Shown in pieces: positions 1 through 14,628 of a stretch of 64,000 nt of DNA (positions are counted from its first letter, which is position 1; each line of letters opens with the position of its first letter). Source of the DNA: the human T2T-CHM13v2.0 reference genome, Homo sapiens; the NCBI RefSeq assembly GCF_009914755.1, contig NC_060928.1. The stretch is one strand, 5' to 3'. The notes under the pieces were generated by a model. The model had not been told where the DNA came from. It made no database searches and saw only the letters and a list, made by a program, of their open reading frames with translations. The translations under genes were made by a program, and so were the position numbers.

Positions 1-48
1 GATATCACATATCTTTCAAAGTTACCATGAAAAAAGAAATAAGAAATA

Positions 49-401
49 TGTATTAGTCTGTTTTCATTCTGCTGTTAAAGTCATACCCGAGACTGGGAAG
101 AAAAAGAGGCTTACTTGGTCTTACAGTTCCACATGCCAGGAGAAGTCCTCAGAATCATGGCGGGAGGTAAAGTCACTTCTTACATGAGAGTGGCAAGGGA
201 AAATGAGGAAGAGGCAAAAGCGGAAACCCCTGATAAACTCATCAGGTCTCATGAGACTCATTTACTATCACGAGAACAGCACCAGAAAGACCCGCCCCCA
301 TGATTCAATGGCATCTCCCTAGCTCCCTCCCACAACACGTGGGAATTCTGGGAGATAAAATTCAGTTGAGATTGGAATGGGGACACAGCCAAATCACATC
401 A
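49..401 (-). mobile_element. THE1 solo LTR (MaLR, THE1A-like)
   Basis: TGTATTAGTC...GGGGACACAGCCAAATCACATCA termini; perfect 5-bp TSD AAATA (44-48 / 402-406). Confidence 0.93.
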
Positions 402-3400
402 AAATATAAATCCATACATAATAAATTACCTACCATTTTTTTCTTTCATAAATTACCTAAGATTTGATGCTGAAAAGAAAGGCATTAACAGTAAAATGTT
501 TTAGTCCGATGGGATAAACGGACATTTTGAAAAGAAAAATATATTTGGGTCACCATAGCATTTTGAGGCATGAAGCTTTAACAAGGCTTTTGAGAACTAG
601 GATAATTTAAATTAGAGGGACTTGATTTCAGATACAAAGCAGATCATAATCAAAAGTTTCTCTTTCATAAATTTTCTGATTAGGAATCTCAAAAAGGTAT
701 ATTTAACATTCAGGAGTTGTTTAACAATAATGAGTCTATGGATAATTTGCCATAAAATGTAAGCACTAGATTATACTTCATAGATACAGAGTCAGTACCA
801 GTTCATTTGTGAAACTCAATCCTTCACAAGAGAATTTTGTTTTAACCACTATTCAGAGATGGTCAGAATGTAAACACCATACTTACATATTCTATGTTTT
901 AATTTCTCATTAATTTCATACAGGTTTATTGCAGATATAACATTCAAATTCCTATAGGACACAGATGGGAAACTGCACCATTGAAATGGTTGTAAGATTT
1001 AACAACAGAATCTCTGGACCATGACAAACAGGACTAACCACACAAGATTTTTGTAACTAGAGAGCAGCTGCTCTTTGATGATGACTTTTGGGAATGTGGA
1101 TGAGTGTTTTTAATTTTTTTTTCAGACAAGCAAGATTACTATGCAAATTTTCCCCAATTTTAGAGATTTATTCCAAATAAAATTTAAATATTATGAAATA
1201 CTGCAGACCCAACACAAAATGTCTACAGGTGGAATCTTGCCCAGGGACAATAAATTTGTTAGTTCATGTTGGACAAATCCTACTAAATAATTGTTTTAAA
1301 TGCCAGGCTTTGGAAAATAAAGATAATTAAGCATTTTTTTTTTTTGTCTTTCAAGAAGTACACAGACTTAGTAAGGAAGACTAGGCCCGCACATAACATC
1401 TGTGTTTGCAAGTCCAAGTCAAGAGTACAAATGTAGTCACCCAGCATTTCCCCTTCTATTCCTCTATAACTCTTCACTAAAAGGAACATCTCAGCCCTCA
1501 CATCCAAGCTCCATCCACAGCCATTGAGTCAACCACAGAAGCCTCACGCTTAACATTAGGGCTTAATGGTGAGCACACTAGTAGTAAAGTCACCTTTCTG
1601 TAGCCTCGGGGAAATGAACTATGGAGGAATAAGAGGAGGAGAGCTCTGAGATATAAATTCCATGCAGAAGGTATAACAGGCTTCAGGTGGGCAGGAATCC
1701 TTAGCTCCTGCCATCCAGTCACACTGGAAAGTGGGATGACAAATGGAGGGCAAAACAGAAGTACTCTAAAGCATTGTGTAGGGAGCAGGTGCTTGATGGT
1801 TAACTCTAAGGGTTATATTGAGGGAGGACAATGTACAGACAAATATTTTGGGCATTAGTTGATCACTTACCCTTATGTCCTCAGTTACAAGTCTACAGAG
1901 GTTTATCTCCTATGTAACATACTTGGCAGCTACTTACTCTCTTACAAGCACGCTGTATTCAAGTTTAGAAAAGCTTACATAATCCACTCTTAATATCTGA
2001 GTGAACAAGTAATCTGCTGCATTGTAAAGAAAAATTATTTTGCCCAGAAAATGTGCCTTTAAGAAAACAGCTTAAAGATGTCTTTGACAGAGGACATAAC
2101 TACAAATATTTTCTCTATGAGGCTTTTGCCTCTCTATGTGGAAGCACTCTTACTTCAATAATATGCAGCACTTCAAAATCATAAAATGACATATTTTGAG
2201 CTTATATGGTTTTTGAATGTTAAACTTTTACTGCCTCTTATATGTGAATTTCAGATGTTAGGTGTTTGAACACTTCATGAAAAAAAATGTTTTGCACTAA
2301 GATGTTCTTGAGAGAGAGAGAGAGACACTAATATCTCTTAAAGAAGAAAGGATGCTTTTAGGGCTGCTTTTGGAAATAATTTTACAAGACAAACAGCTCT
2401 CTGTCCCCATGGTTAATGGCTTGTTAGTCCACAAAGAAGATAGTGCAAGGGGAAAGCAAAATGCACAGGTTAAGCATCTTCAATAGCATAGCAATAAAAT
2501 CAAATCAGCTGTCCTAAAAGTCTTGGCAGTTTTCAAGTGGAGTCAGTAACACAGGTCCAGAAAAGGGCATGTTGGTATCACACAGAATAATTTTAATAGT
2601 TTTTCTCAATCCCAGTGCATTGAACGTCCTCATTTTAGAGCTGAAATAGCAGCAATAAAGGCAACAAAGTTGTGATAAAAATAGATAATGAAGTTTATTT
2701 GCCAGTATTTTCCTGTTCATTTTAGAATTATATTGCTCATGAACACTAAAGCATTGATGTATTTAAAAAAAATATTTTCATGTATACATTAACCCATAAA
2801 AGACTTGAACTTAGACTTTTAATTATTAATATGTTTTCCTACAAGGGAATACTAGGCAAAATTATGATCATAAGTACTTTGGAAACTGAATTAGTAATAG
2901 GGAGAAATTTAATGAATATAAATAACGTTGACAAACAAAGGTCAAATTCCAATGAAACAGTTCTTTAGGAATTTATGAGCTTTTCTTGGATATAGGAAAT
3001 ATACTGAAAAATTGGTTTGCTGTATTAGACAACTTGAACTTCTCATTTATCTATGTTATTTGAGGAAGTCCATAGGGTATGAAAACAACCCAGTAATAAA
3101 TTTTTGAAATCAAGAATTAGATTAAGTAGGTCAAAATATCTAAAGAGAGCCAAAAAGGGTTATCTTCTGGTAAGGTATTATATTTGCTAGTTATCCAGAT
3201 TAAAAAAAAACTATAATAATTGAGATATCTCAACTGGAGTTATAATGATGGTGTTGTTTGACACAGAGGTAGGTGAGACAAAACATAGGCAAACAGAAAT
3301 GACAAACAGCACAGTATTCTCAATTAATACAAAACTAATTTTAGAATAATATATGTAAAATTCAAGTACTCTTTTAATGTTTTATGTTGATTATAATTGT

Positions 3401-3747
3401 TTTCTAGGCAGATGATTATTTTCATCAATTAATAAGGTATCCTAAATTTCAAATCAGTACCGAGTGCATGTGAATTATTATGAAATATTACCTCTAAAAG
3501 TATTGTTTACATAATTTGTTTCTTTATCTCATCTGACATTGAAACGATTATATAATTGTTAAATACATAAATATAATTATGTAGCTTAAAGTGTCTAGCA
3601 GTTTTAATATCAAACTTGTGAAAGTGAACGGTTTTTCTCTTTGTTTCTGGGCATTGCTATATATTTTTCTTACCTAATATTTTTATACAGCACATTGTCA
3701 TATTGTTTGCAAATACACTACAAAAATAAAACCTTGAAAATGTGGAA

Positions 3748-4089
<342 letters not shown>

Positions 4090-5573
4090 TTAATTAAGCA
4101 ACTTGCTGGATTTCAACCTTTTTTCTCCATTCCCAGGGTAAAATATTTACTAATGAGCAGGGCTTTGGAACATTGATGGCTATTAGGTTATTTATTAAAA
4201 GAACTTGGCACTTACAGTTACCATGAGTTGAGATACTAAGAGTCCATCAAGGTTATTCTCAATTCACTTACACCAAATAAAAATATGAAAGGTACTAGAT
4301 GATTTAATTACTATACAATTTTCTGATATCTTGTGCCAAAATCACTGTGTGTGTGTATTTACATGAAAATGCTGTTTAATGCTTAGTAAATAATAAATAA
4401 TTTTTAAAAGTTGATAAACTAAGCTGTGGTTTAAAAAAACTAGAAAATATTGGAGAAAACAAAAAGATTTTTAAAATCTATATTAAAATAAAATAGTACA
4501 TCAATTTCTTAAATTTTTGGTTTGTAATACTTATTTTGTCTTTTTAATTTCTCACTTCACTTATTAAAAAAAAAAACCTAAAAATTTACCATTAACACAT
4601 TGGATTATAAAATGGGGAGTGTACCAATCTATAGATCTATTTCAATAAAAATTGTCCTATTTAAAAAGATTTGCCAATGACTGCATGTTAATATATTTTA
4701 TGCTAATTATTATTACAAAATATGCATGAACATTTCAAAAAAGTAATCAACATCTATGCAACTATTTCAATTCCAATGGCGGCTTCTCTCTGTTCTTTGG
4801 ATCTTTTTAATACACAGATCTACAATATGCTCTTTGAAAGATAAATACCCCAAGGATTTAATTTGATTTTATTAACTTTCTAAAATGATAATGCTCAAAA
4901 TAAATGAATTAAACAACACATGCACAAGTAATCTTCCATAAATACTTAATTGTGAAAAACATGGAAGGTTAACTCGACCGGGTTGAGTCAAATCCATGCT
5001 TTTATGCTATCTTTCTGAAAAACTGTTCATTTCTACTGCATGTATCTACTCAATCCTTTTGTTTATTGCCAAGTAGATACCTCACCTAAAATAAATCATC
5101 TTCATAGTTCAGAGACCTCATTGTTTTGAATTTGGAAGGATTTGAGTGAGGACAGGAACTGCGCTCCATTTAGACACATTGATTGAATGAACCGGTGGAT
5201 TCACGGTGGAGCAGGGGAACATCTGAGGAAGATGACGATGTGAGCAGGTCTTCTAACTCCGTTTGCAAAACCAGAATTAAATGATCAAACAAAATAAAAT
5301 AAAAACCCATATCCGTATAAGCGTGAAAGTCAGAAAAGGCTGCCACTTCCTACCCTAAGCTTCTAGGAATTTTTTCCTATTAAGTTTACATTAAAGAACA
5401 TCATCAAGAGGAACCCCCAACTTTTCTTCAAGAGAAAGTAGGATGTAGGTAGAAAAAATACTTAGCAGGGCTTCTCTAAAATGTCTTTAATCAAAAAAGA
5501 CAGAATAAAAGACTCTGGGAGAATGGAGGACACTCCAATTTACACAATTTTCTATTGAACATTAGACAGAACC

Positions 5574-6026
5574 TTGGAAAGCCGTGAAAATATGCCTCTC
5601 AGATCTCCTGCACCTACTGATTCATGGTCCCAGCTTCTGCCTTTCTGAATCCATCACCACTTTCACACTGTGGTTCCACTTTCCAAAGGCTTCTCCCAGG
5701 CAATGGCTAGAAGCAACCCTGGTCCTAATAAAGTTTCATTCCTGTGAGACATGAGATGCTACCAATTGGAGATTTGGGCCCAATGGCTCCCTTTCAGCCT
5801 GGCTGAACCTGCTTTGGAATTGTTTTGCACTCTGTGTTTCTTCCTGTCCAACCCTCCTTCCTTTCCCCTCTCCTTCACTGATGGAAGACCTACTAGTGTT
5901 AGATGGCTCTCCCTGCCTTCTTTATTTGCTGGTTATTCTTCACGGTCATTTCCATATATATATATATCTTATACATGTACTCCTATCTTTGTTTCCTCCT
6001 TTTCAGAAGATCCAAGAAAATAGACA
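5574..6026 (+). mobile_element. LTR16C-like ERVL 5' LTR
   Basis: Resembles recalled LTR16C consensus (TGCCTCTCAGATCTCC, ATCCATCACCA, CCCTCTCCTTCAC, GGCTCTCCCTGCCTTC); directly followed by ERVL internal sequence. Confidence 0.75.
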
Positions 6027-6366
6027 ACAGGATAGGAATCTAGCACTGACTCATTCACTCACACCTGGTAGCCAAGAAAATGCCATTCTGAGTAGTATGT
6101 GGTGACTGATAGTTTCTGGAAAAAGGTGGTGACCAAATTGCTAAAGAATTCACATGTCTATGGGTGACTTGAGAGAACTTCTGGCTTGGGAAACTGCCAC
6201 CTGGGGTGCAATATTTCAGGCATTTGAAAAATATGGGGTCAACAGTGATTATTACAAAAGCAGTGGAGTTGATTCATTATTATGTCAAATTGATGTCTGT
6301 TGTGGAACACTGTTTTTGTGGAACATGGTTCTGGTTTTCAAAACCAGAACCAGGTTCAAAAACCAG

Positions 6367-6674
<308 letters not shown>

Positions 6675-7599
6675 CATTAATTGTTATAAGCTAAATATGA
6701 GACACTTTATCCTCTGTAAAAGAACAGACAATGGCCCAACAAGCTGAAGAATCGATACTTCGAGTCACAGAGTATCAGAGATATTTACATGTAAAATATA
6801 AATGCTCAGTCAAAGCAGGTCTATCATGTTAAAATCAGGGCTGTGGTTGAAAATTCCTGTGCTCTTGAAACATGAGATGGGGAAATGCCTTCAGAGTTTG
6901 TAGAGCTGACATACTCTTCTTTAGTAGGAACAAAAACATACCCAGTGTTGGTAGATAATGCAGAAACTTCTCTCTGTTAAGTCAACAGGTGTCCCCCAAA
7001 TAAGATTTCCCCACTTCCTCTCCTGACATCAAGGCCAATAGCTAGGATCAAATCCCAACATAATATTACTGAATATATGCTGGACTTGACGATGGCAGAA
7101 AGACATTATTCACTAACAGAGCCACAAGAGTGAAATAGTATGTTTCAGTAGGCAACCAGAGCGTATGAACTGACTGGATTTTGAGGATGCCATATTAAGA
7201 AGGGCAAAATGTAGATTAAACATTAATTCACTGACATGGGGGCATTTTTTGAGATACCTGGCAAGTAATCCAGTGGATGGAGCAAGTTTACCACTAGAGA
7301 GGCTCTGAGAAGGCTAGAAAAAAAAAAGATATCTAAGGTGAGTGACGTCAAAAGAATAAAGAAGCTAAGGGAATTAGGAATGCTAAAATAGCAATATTAT
7401 ATAAACCCAGAAAAACCACCCAAGGATTATGTTCCACAGAAGGGCTCACTGAACGCACAGTTCACTAAGGCCTTCAGGAATGCACCAGTGATGGGGCACT
7501 AGCACCACTAAGAAGTTCAATAACAGCAATTCTCTGAAAACCAGGAACAACAGAAGGAGAGGTATTTACATAAGTGGGAATTGTTAAAACTCAACAAAT

Positions 7600-9020
7600 T
7601 GGGAGGTAACAGCGTGCTGGCAGCCCTCGCAGCCCTCACTGGCTCTCGGTGCCTCCTCAGCCTGGGCGCCCACTCTGGCTGCACTTGAGGAGCCCTTCAG
7701 CCCGCCCCTGCACTGTGGGAGCCCCTCCCTAGGCTGGCCGAGGCCAGAGCTGGCTCCCTCATCTTGGGGGGAGGTGGGGAGGTGTGGAGGGAGAGGCGCG
7801 GGCGGAACCAGGGGCATGGTGCTTGTGGGCTAGCGGGAGTTCTGGGTGGCCGTGGGCTCCATAGGCCCCACCCTCGAAGCTGCCAGCTGGCCGGCACCTC
7901 CGCCCTGTGCAGTGAGGGACTTAGCACCAGGGCCAGCAGCTGTGGAGTCCCTCAGCAGTGCTGGCGCTAGGCTTGAATTCTTGCCGGGCCTCAGCTGCCT
8001 CCCTGTGGGGCAGGACTCGGGACCTGCAGCCTGCCATGCCTGAGCCTCCCCCACCACGCAGTGGGCTCCTGCACATCGGGAGCCTCCCCTACTAGTGTGG
8101 CTCCCTGCTCCACGGTGCCTGGTCCCATACACCGCCCAAGGGCTGAGGGGTGCAGGTGCATGGAGCAGGACTGGCAGGGAGCTCCACCTGCGGCCCCGGT
8201 GCGGGATCCACTGGGTGAAGCCAGCTGGGCTCCTGAGTCTAGCGGGGCCCTAGAGAACCTTTATGTCTACCTAAGGGATTGTAAATACATCAGTCAGCAC
8301 CCTGTGTCTAGCTCAAGGTTTGCAAATGCACCAATCAGCACTCTGTAGCTAGCTAATCTGGTAGGGACTTGGAGAATCTTTATGTCTAGCTAATGGATTA
8401 TAAATACACCAATCAGCACTCTGTGTGTAGCTCAAGGTTTGTAAACACACCAATCAGCACCCTGTGTCTAGCTCAAGGTTTGTAAATGCACCAATCAGTG
8501 CTCTGTGTCTAGCTAACCTAGTAGGAACTTGGAGAACTTTTGTGTCTAGCTCAGGGATTGTAAACACACCAATCAGCACCCTGCTGAAACGGACCAATCA
8601 GCTCTCTGTAAAACAGATCAATCGGCTCTCTGTAAAATGGACCAATCAGCAGGATGTGGGTGGGGCCAGATAAAGCAATAAAAGCAGGCTGCCGTAGCCA
8701 GCAGTGACAACCTGCTCAGGTCCCCTTCCACATTGTGGAAGCTTTATTCTTTCGCTCTTTGCAGTAAATCTTGCTGCTGTTCACTCTTTGGGTCTGCACT
8801 GCTTTTATGAGCTGTAACACTCACCGCGAAGGTCTGCAGCTTCACTCTTGAGCCAGCAAGACCACGAACCCACCAGAAGGAAGGAACTCCAAACACATCC
8901 GAACATCAGAAGGAACAAACTCCAGACACGCAGCCTTTAAGAACTGTAACACTCACCACGAGGGTCCACGGCTTCATTCTTTAAGTCAGTGAGACCAAGA
9001 ACCCACCAATTCAGGGCAGA
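7600..9020 (+). mobile_element. LTR12 (ERV9) solo LTR, LTR12C/D/E-like
   Basis: Starts TGGGAGGTAACAGCGTGCTGGCAGCCCTC; GC/CpG-rich U3; CCAATCAGC tandem repeats; U5 repeats; ends GAGACCAAGAACCCACCAATTC; 4-bp TSD AAAT (7596-7599 / 9021-9024). Confidence 0.96.
8250..8690 (+). promoter_or_regulatory. LTR12 U3 enhancer/promoter: tandem CCAAT (NF-Y) repeats plus GATA/AATAAA box
   Basis: Seven CCAATCAG motifs between 8331 and 8650 in TGTCTAGCT-containing repeats; GATAAAGCAATAAAAG at ~8669-8684; known ERV9 promoter architecture. Confidence 0.7.
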
Positions 9021-9760
9021 AAATGACAAAGCCACCAAGAAGCCTGGTGATGAAAGCCTGAACACCAGAAACCAGAAGGTCACACCATAAAGATAGGTAA
9101 GCTTGATCCACTGGGAATTGAGAAAATGGTTCAAAGAGCGTGGATGAAGTTTCTAAGAACAAAATAGGCATGTAGTCAACAACAGTCTACCAAAGACATA
9201 CAACCAGAAAGAGGTAAGAACCTAGGAACAAGAGATTAATGGCAGGCACCCAAACAAGAAGCCATACTCCCTCATTCTGTTCTCAGGCTGAAGTCTATTT
9301 CCAGACCCAGCAACAATGGACTGAAGAAATGGCTGTGTTCCTGAGTGGAAGAAACCTCTAGTAACGTGGCAATATCCAGATAGTTCATATTATTATACAT
9401 AGAGTCTAAGATAACATTAATACCTAGAGCCCCAAAGCATCATCCTGGGCCTATTGGTAGAGTCAGAGCTGATAAGGGCGAGGTAATAAATGAAATCCTT
9501 ACAATATGAACCTGGCTCATATTCAACCCAATGGGTCTGAGAAACCACTCACTGGTTATTTCTTCAGTATCCAAATGTTTAATTGGAATTGATTTAGTTG
9601 ACAATTTGCTTAAACCCCACGTTAGTTTATTGGCCTCTGGGATAAGAGTTATCTCCCTAGGGAATACCAAATAGAAATGGCTTCCTTCCCCCAGTCAAAA
9701 TGATAACCCACATATAATATTTAGTGGATATGAATAATGATAGAGACAAGTATCACGACT

Positions 9761-10151
9761 TGTGATAGTTTGTTAGAGCTACCATAACAAAATACCACAG
9801 GCTGGCTTGCTTAAACAACAGAAGTTTATTTTCTCACAGTCACGAAGCTAAAACTCCAACATCAATGTATTAGCTGGTTTGATTTCTTCTGAGGCCTCTC
9901 TCGTAGTCCTGCAGATAGCCATCTTCTCTCTCTCACTGTCCTAAAATAGTCTTTTCTCTGTGCATTCACACACCTGTTTAAATCTCTTCTTCCCATAAGG
10001 ACAACATTCATATTGTATTAGGACCTACTGTAGAATCTTATTTTACTTCACATACCTCTTTGAAGGCATTTTATCCAAATGAAATCACATTCTGGGCTAC
10101 TAAAAGGACTTCAACATACAAATTTGAGGGGACACAGTTCAGCCCATACCA
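9761..10151 (-). mobile_element. MLT1B-like MaLR solo LTR nested in ERVL pro/pol
   Basis: CTTAAACAACAGAAGTTTATTTTCTCACAGT...GGGGACACAGTTCAGCCCATACCA; TSD CGACT/CAACT. Confidence 0.88.
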
Positions 10152-11357
10152 CAACTAAAGTGTAAAAAGCTGCAGGGGTGGCATGTGGTCTCCATTAATG
10201 ATCTCTATTTAATTCTTTTGTCTGACCTCTGCAGCCACTGTGTGAATCCTGGCAATGACAGTAGAGAGTGATTGTTACATAAGTGCAACAAAGGAGCAAC
10301 CTGATAGGAGAGGCTATGCCAGGCATAATAACATTGCTCGTGTACATTGATAAGACCTCAGGTACATGGTATTTGGCCATTGATTTCTTGACCAATTTCT
10401 ATTTAAATTAGAAAAAGCATCAGGAAAAGTTCATATTCACTTGGGACAGGCAACAATATTTACTTACAGTTTTGTGTCAGGGCTCTGTTAAGTTGCTCAC
10501 CGTCTGTTATAACATAGTTAGAAGAGACCTGAACAACCTGAACATCCCACTAACATTATAATGATTAATTACACCCGTGGAATCATGCTAATTGGATAGG
10601 ATAAGCAAAAGATTGTCTTGGTAAGACAAATGTGCTCCAGAGAATGTGAGATAAATCCTGTGACTATTTGGAAATCTCTTTTTTAGGAGACCAGGGGCCA
10701 AGAGTGTGCTGTGGCTTCCTCTTCAAACTGAAAGACATATTACTGTGCTCTGGATTCCTTGTCATAGTAATCATGCTCTGGATGATACAGCAAGTAATAG
10801 GGAAGGCAGCCAGTTCTGAGGGCTCCCCAGGTTGGGAAAGGGCTTTTTGAAAGATCCAAGCTGTAGTGAAGGTAGCTCTATGGGTTGGGTCATACAATTC
10901 AGCAGATACTTTGGTGAGTCATCTATAGCGGAAAAATATACAATATGGAGCTTATATCAAATCCCAATTAGAGCATCACAACATTTTTTTTAGATTTGGG
11001 AACAAGGCCATCTATCTGCACCAAAAAATTATATTCCTTTTAAGAAACAGCCCTAGCAGAGACAGATGGTTTGCTCATAGTGCTCTAAGTGACAGTGTAT
11101 ACAAAAGTACCCATTATGAGTCCAGTTCTGTAAGACCTAATAAATCATAAATTTTATCAGGCCCAGCATTTTACCATAATAAGCAGGAAAGGTGTATCTG
11201 GATTAAGCCTTAGTAGAACAAGAAGGAAGGCATCAGTAAGTTATATAAGCAAATACCCCAGACCCTCCCATCACCTAATAGCTGTGTTATGTCTCTTGCC
11301 CAGTTTATTCTTGGGGCTGCACTGGAGAGCAAGAGGTCACATGCAACCAGCTGCAGG

Positions 11358-11386
11358 TGGAGACTCCATCTCAAAAAAAAAAAAAA
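11358..11386 (+). mobile_element. Alu 3'-end stub with poly(A)
   Basis: GAGACTCCATCTC followed by A14. Confidence 0.7.
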
Positions 11387-11499
11387 GTCAAAATTAAAAT
11401 TATATTTAAAAAATGTGATCAAGTCAGGTTTATTACAGGGAAATGTGGATAGATAACATTTTTAAATGGTTTCACATAATGACAATAATTGCAAAATAT

Positions 11500-12205
11500 A
11501 AGAATATACCCTCAAAAAATATATGCACCACATGAAGATATCTGCACTCCTATGTTCATTCCAGCATCACTCACAATAGCCAAGATATGAAAAAATCTTA
11601 GGTGTCAGTCAATGGGTAAATGAATAAAGAAATGGTGGCACTTGTATACATGTGTGTATATATATAATGTATGTATATATATTTATATATATATAATATG
11701 TGGTATAAATTTATATATAACACACACAGGAATATTATTTAGCCTTTAAAAGGATAGCTATCCTGCCATTTGCAACAATATAGATAAACCTGAAGGGTAT
11801 TATACCAAGAGAAATATGCCAGGTAAAGAAAAATACTGCATACTCCATTTATATGTGTAATCTTTAAAAAGCTGGGTATATAGAAACAGAGAGTACAACT
11901 GTGACTACCAGGAGCAGGAAGGGAGGGGAGATGTGGAGATGAAGGTCAAAGGGTACAAAAGTACATTTATGTAGGATGAATACATCTAGAGATTCAATAT
12001 ATGGCATGAGGACTATAGTTAATAATTTTGTACTAGAGATTTGCTAAGAGAGTAGAGTTTACATGCTCTTACTACAGACACACAAAAGTAACTATGTGAG
12101 GTTAACATGTTAATTTGCTTCACTATAGTAATTATTTCGCTAAATACATGCATATTAAAACAGCATGTTGTGCATTTTAAATATATATAGTAAAACAGGA
12201 AAAAA
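11500..12205 (+). mobile_element. L1 3' end (L1MA9-like)
   Basis: GATATCTGCACTCCTATGTTCATT, GCCATTTGCAACAA, GGTCAAAGGGTACAAA, GAGGACTATAGTTAATAAT. Confidence 0.85.
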
Positions 12206-12299
12206 GAACATAAGTTTCAGATTCCATTCTGGAATCAAAAGTATGGGTGACGTTGAAAAACAAAAACTGAAAATTCTAAAACTCATATAAATTTTACAA

Positions 12300-13480
12300 G
12301 GTATATAAAAATTTTGACAATGCCCAAAAAACTTCCATGAATATAAAGATAATATGTACCAAATTAATGTAAAAATAATGTAAATATTTAATTAAAAATA
12401 GTCTTGTAAAGGAAGTAAACACATTGATTTGGTTGAAAAAAGTCAAGTAAACATATATTGATTAATAGGAATTAATGAAGAGGTCTTTAAACTATCAGAT
12501 AACTAGAAAAAACTTAAAAAACCAGAACAACTTCCCAAAGTATATAGATTAACTATTCACATTTTGATGCCTGCCTTACATCCTACACTAATGTACATTT
12601 CAGACATTAAATGAGCAAACATCAAAAATAAAAGAAACAAAAGCTAAATTAAACTACAGAAAATATAAATTAGAATATGCATATATCTGTTCATGGACAC
12701 AAGGAAGTTTTCAAAATTGGATATAAATAAAAATATAATATCAGAAAATAGTTGGTAGAAATCAAAATGTGACATTTTCAACGTGATACAAAATCTAGCA
12801 TAAACATAAAAAGCAAAAGAATATGAGAGACACTATTTGTCACATATCTAACAGACCATAAACCAGTCTTAAAGTTGTATACAGACAATGAATGTTCCAG
12901 CTGAAACTTGGAAAAGTTAATGAGTACACACAATTTGAAAGGCTAAAAATATATAGCAATTAATTATGCTAAAATATATTTCACTTCATACTTAGAATAA
13001 GTCAGAAAAATCATTTTACATTTCTCCTTTGAAAAGACAATTATTTATCAAACATGATAATACCAGGATTAGTGATTGTGCCAAAAAATATAAAATGGCC
13101 CACATGCAAAATTTTCCCTTCTATACTTTTTTTCTTAGGAACTACTAATGCCTTTATATGAAACAATATTCACTAAGTTTTGTTTTGATTATGAGAATTA
13201 GAAATAGCATACATGTTCAAAAATAGCAATTAGTTTAATACATTTTAATGTAACCCCATCACAGAAGCTACATTTTAACAGAGATTCCAATGAGAAATAC
13301 AAAAATGTTCACATTTCGTTGAGCGAAAGTTTAAATGTGCAAAGTTGAATTTGCACTTGTTTCTATTTTTTAAAATAAGATCATATGTATATGGGTGAAG
13401 ATCATATACACATATATATATATTTTTATATATTAAGTTCACATTGTTTTTTCCTAGGTGAGTGGCTTATTGATGTGTTT
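12300..13480 (+). mobile_element. Highly decayed old L1 (L1M/L1ME) fragments
   Basis: A-rich strand bias and degenerate L1 ORF2/3' motifs; boundaries approximate. Confidence 0.4.
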
Positions 13481-14526
13481 GAATAAAAATGTGTGTACTG
13501 GGAGTGGGCAGAATCAGTTCTCAGATTTCTACAAGCTTATTTGGTAAGAGATTAAGTGAATAGACAGACATAACGGAAAAAAAAAAAAAGTCCCCTGGGA
13601 CCTCCTTTCTTTTCCTGTAAGGAAATAGAATGATCATTTTCATTGAGAGCTATTTGGTAAAGCAAAATTACTTGCTTGATTTTTATCCATCAGAAAGCTG
13701 TTATATACCCCAAATCAGTCAGAATAAAAAGCACCACATAGGGTTCTTTAGGTCTCTGCATGCTATACAAATGTTGGCATGGCTTTTTCTTTTTTTAAAG
13801 AGCAGCACATGGTGATAACTACATAAAATGATTCCCGAAGTCCAGTAAAATATTGGTATTAGGACACTGGTGATTGCAGAGCTAGCACTTTTAGCAAACC
13901 AAAAAGGCAGAAACACTAATATTTATTCTAGGAAAGAGAAAAAATGTGTGAACAAAATTGTGTTAAAAATGAACCTTCTACAAAAGAAAGCAAGATCAAC
14001 ACTGAAATTAAATAACTATTCTATTTAATATATTGCGACATTATATCTACTCACCACCAATACATTTTTATAAGTTGATAGACTAAGTAACTTCACAATT
14101 CTTTAATATAAAAATATTTCTCCATTAATTAGTCCCTGATATGAACCAGTTTTTAGTACATTTGGGGGTGGGGGAAGTGGGTAGTGAGTCAGGAATGACA
14201 AGGACTGGAGAATTTTCTGAGGCATTGTTGCATGGAGAATGTAGGTTTTAACCTTTGTGAAATCACAGAATCATTAACTTTGACTTTACTATTATGCGCA
14301 GAATTTCTCTCCTCTCTCTTCTGTCTTGCCCCCAGTAGAGAAGTTCAACCTTTTAATATTTAACAAGTCTATTTCTGGGCTATTGAGAGAGATTAAGAAG
14401 GAAGCAGTGAAAAGCAATGTTATTAATTTGATCTGAAATTTAGTAGTGGCTAGAGGCTGAGCTGGGGATCAAATGTTAGGATTTATAGTTACAAGAATAA
14501 CATACCCTGCTGCTCCCTCACTTTCT

Positions 14527-14628
14527 CCACGCACACACATGTGTGCATGCACATACATACATATGTGCAAATATATACATAGCACACACCCACACCCCCA
14601 CACCCCCTCCACACGCATACACACACAA
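14527..14628. repeat. Degenerate (CA)n/CATA simple repeat
   Basis: CACGCACACACATGTGTGCATGCACATACATACA...CACACACA. Confidence 0.7.

Noticed and set aside
8280-8660. Regularly spaced repeats resembling a CRISPR array
   Set aside because: Known LTR12 enhancer tandem repeats; no unique spacers or cas genes; eukaryotic DNA
7584-8673. Cluster of GC-rich ORFs and apparent CpG island
   Set aside because: Lies within the LTR12 U3 region
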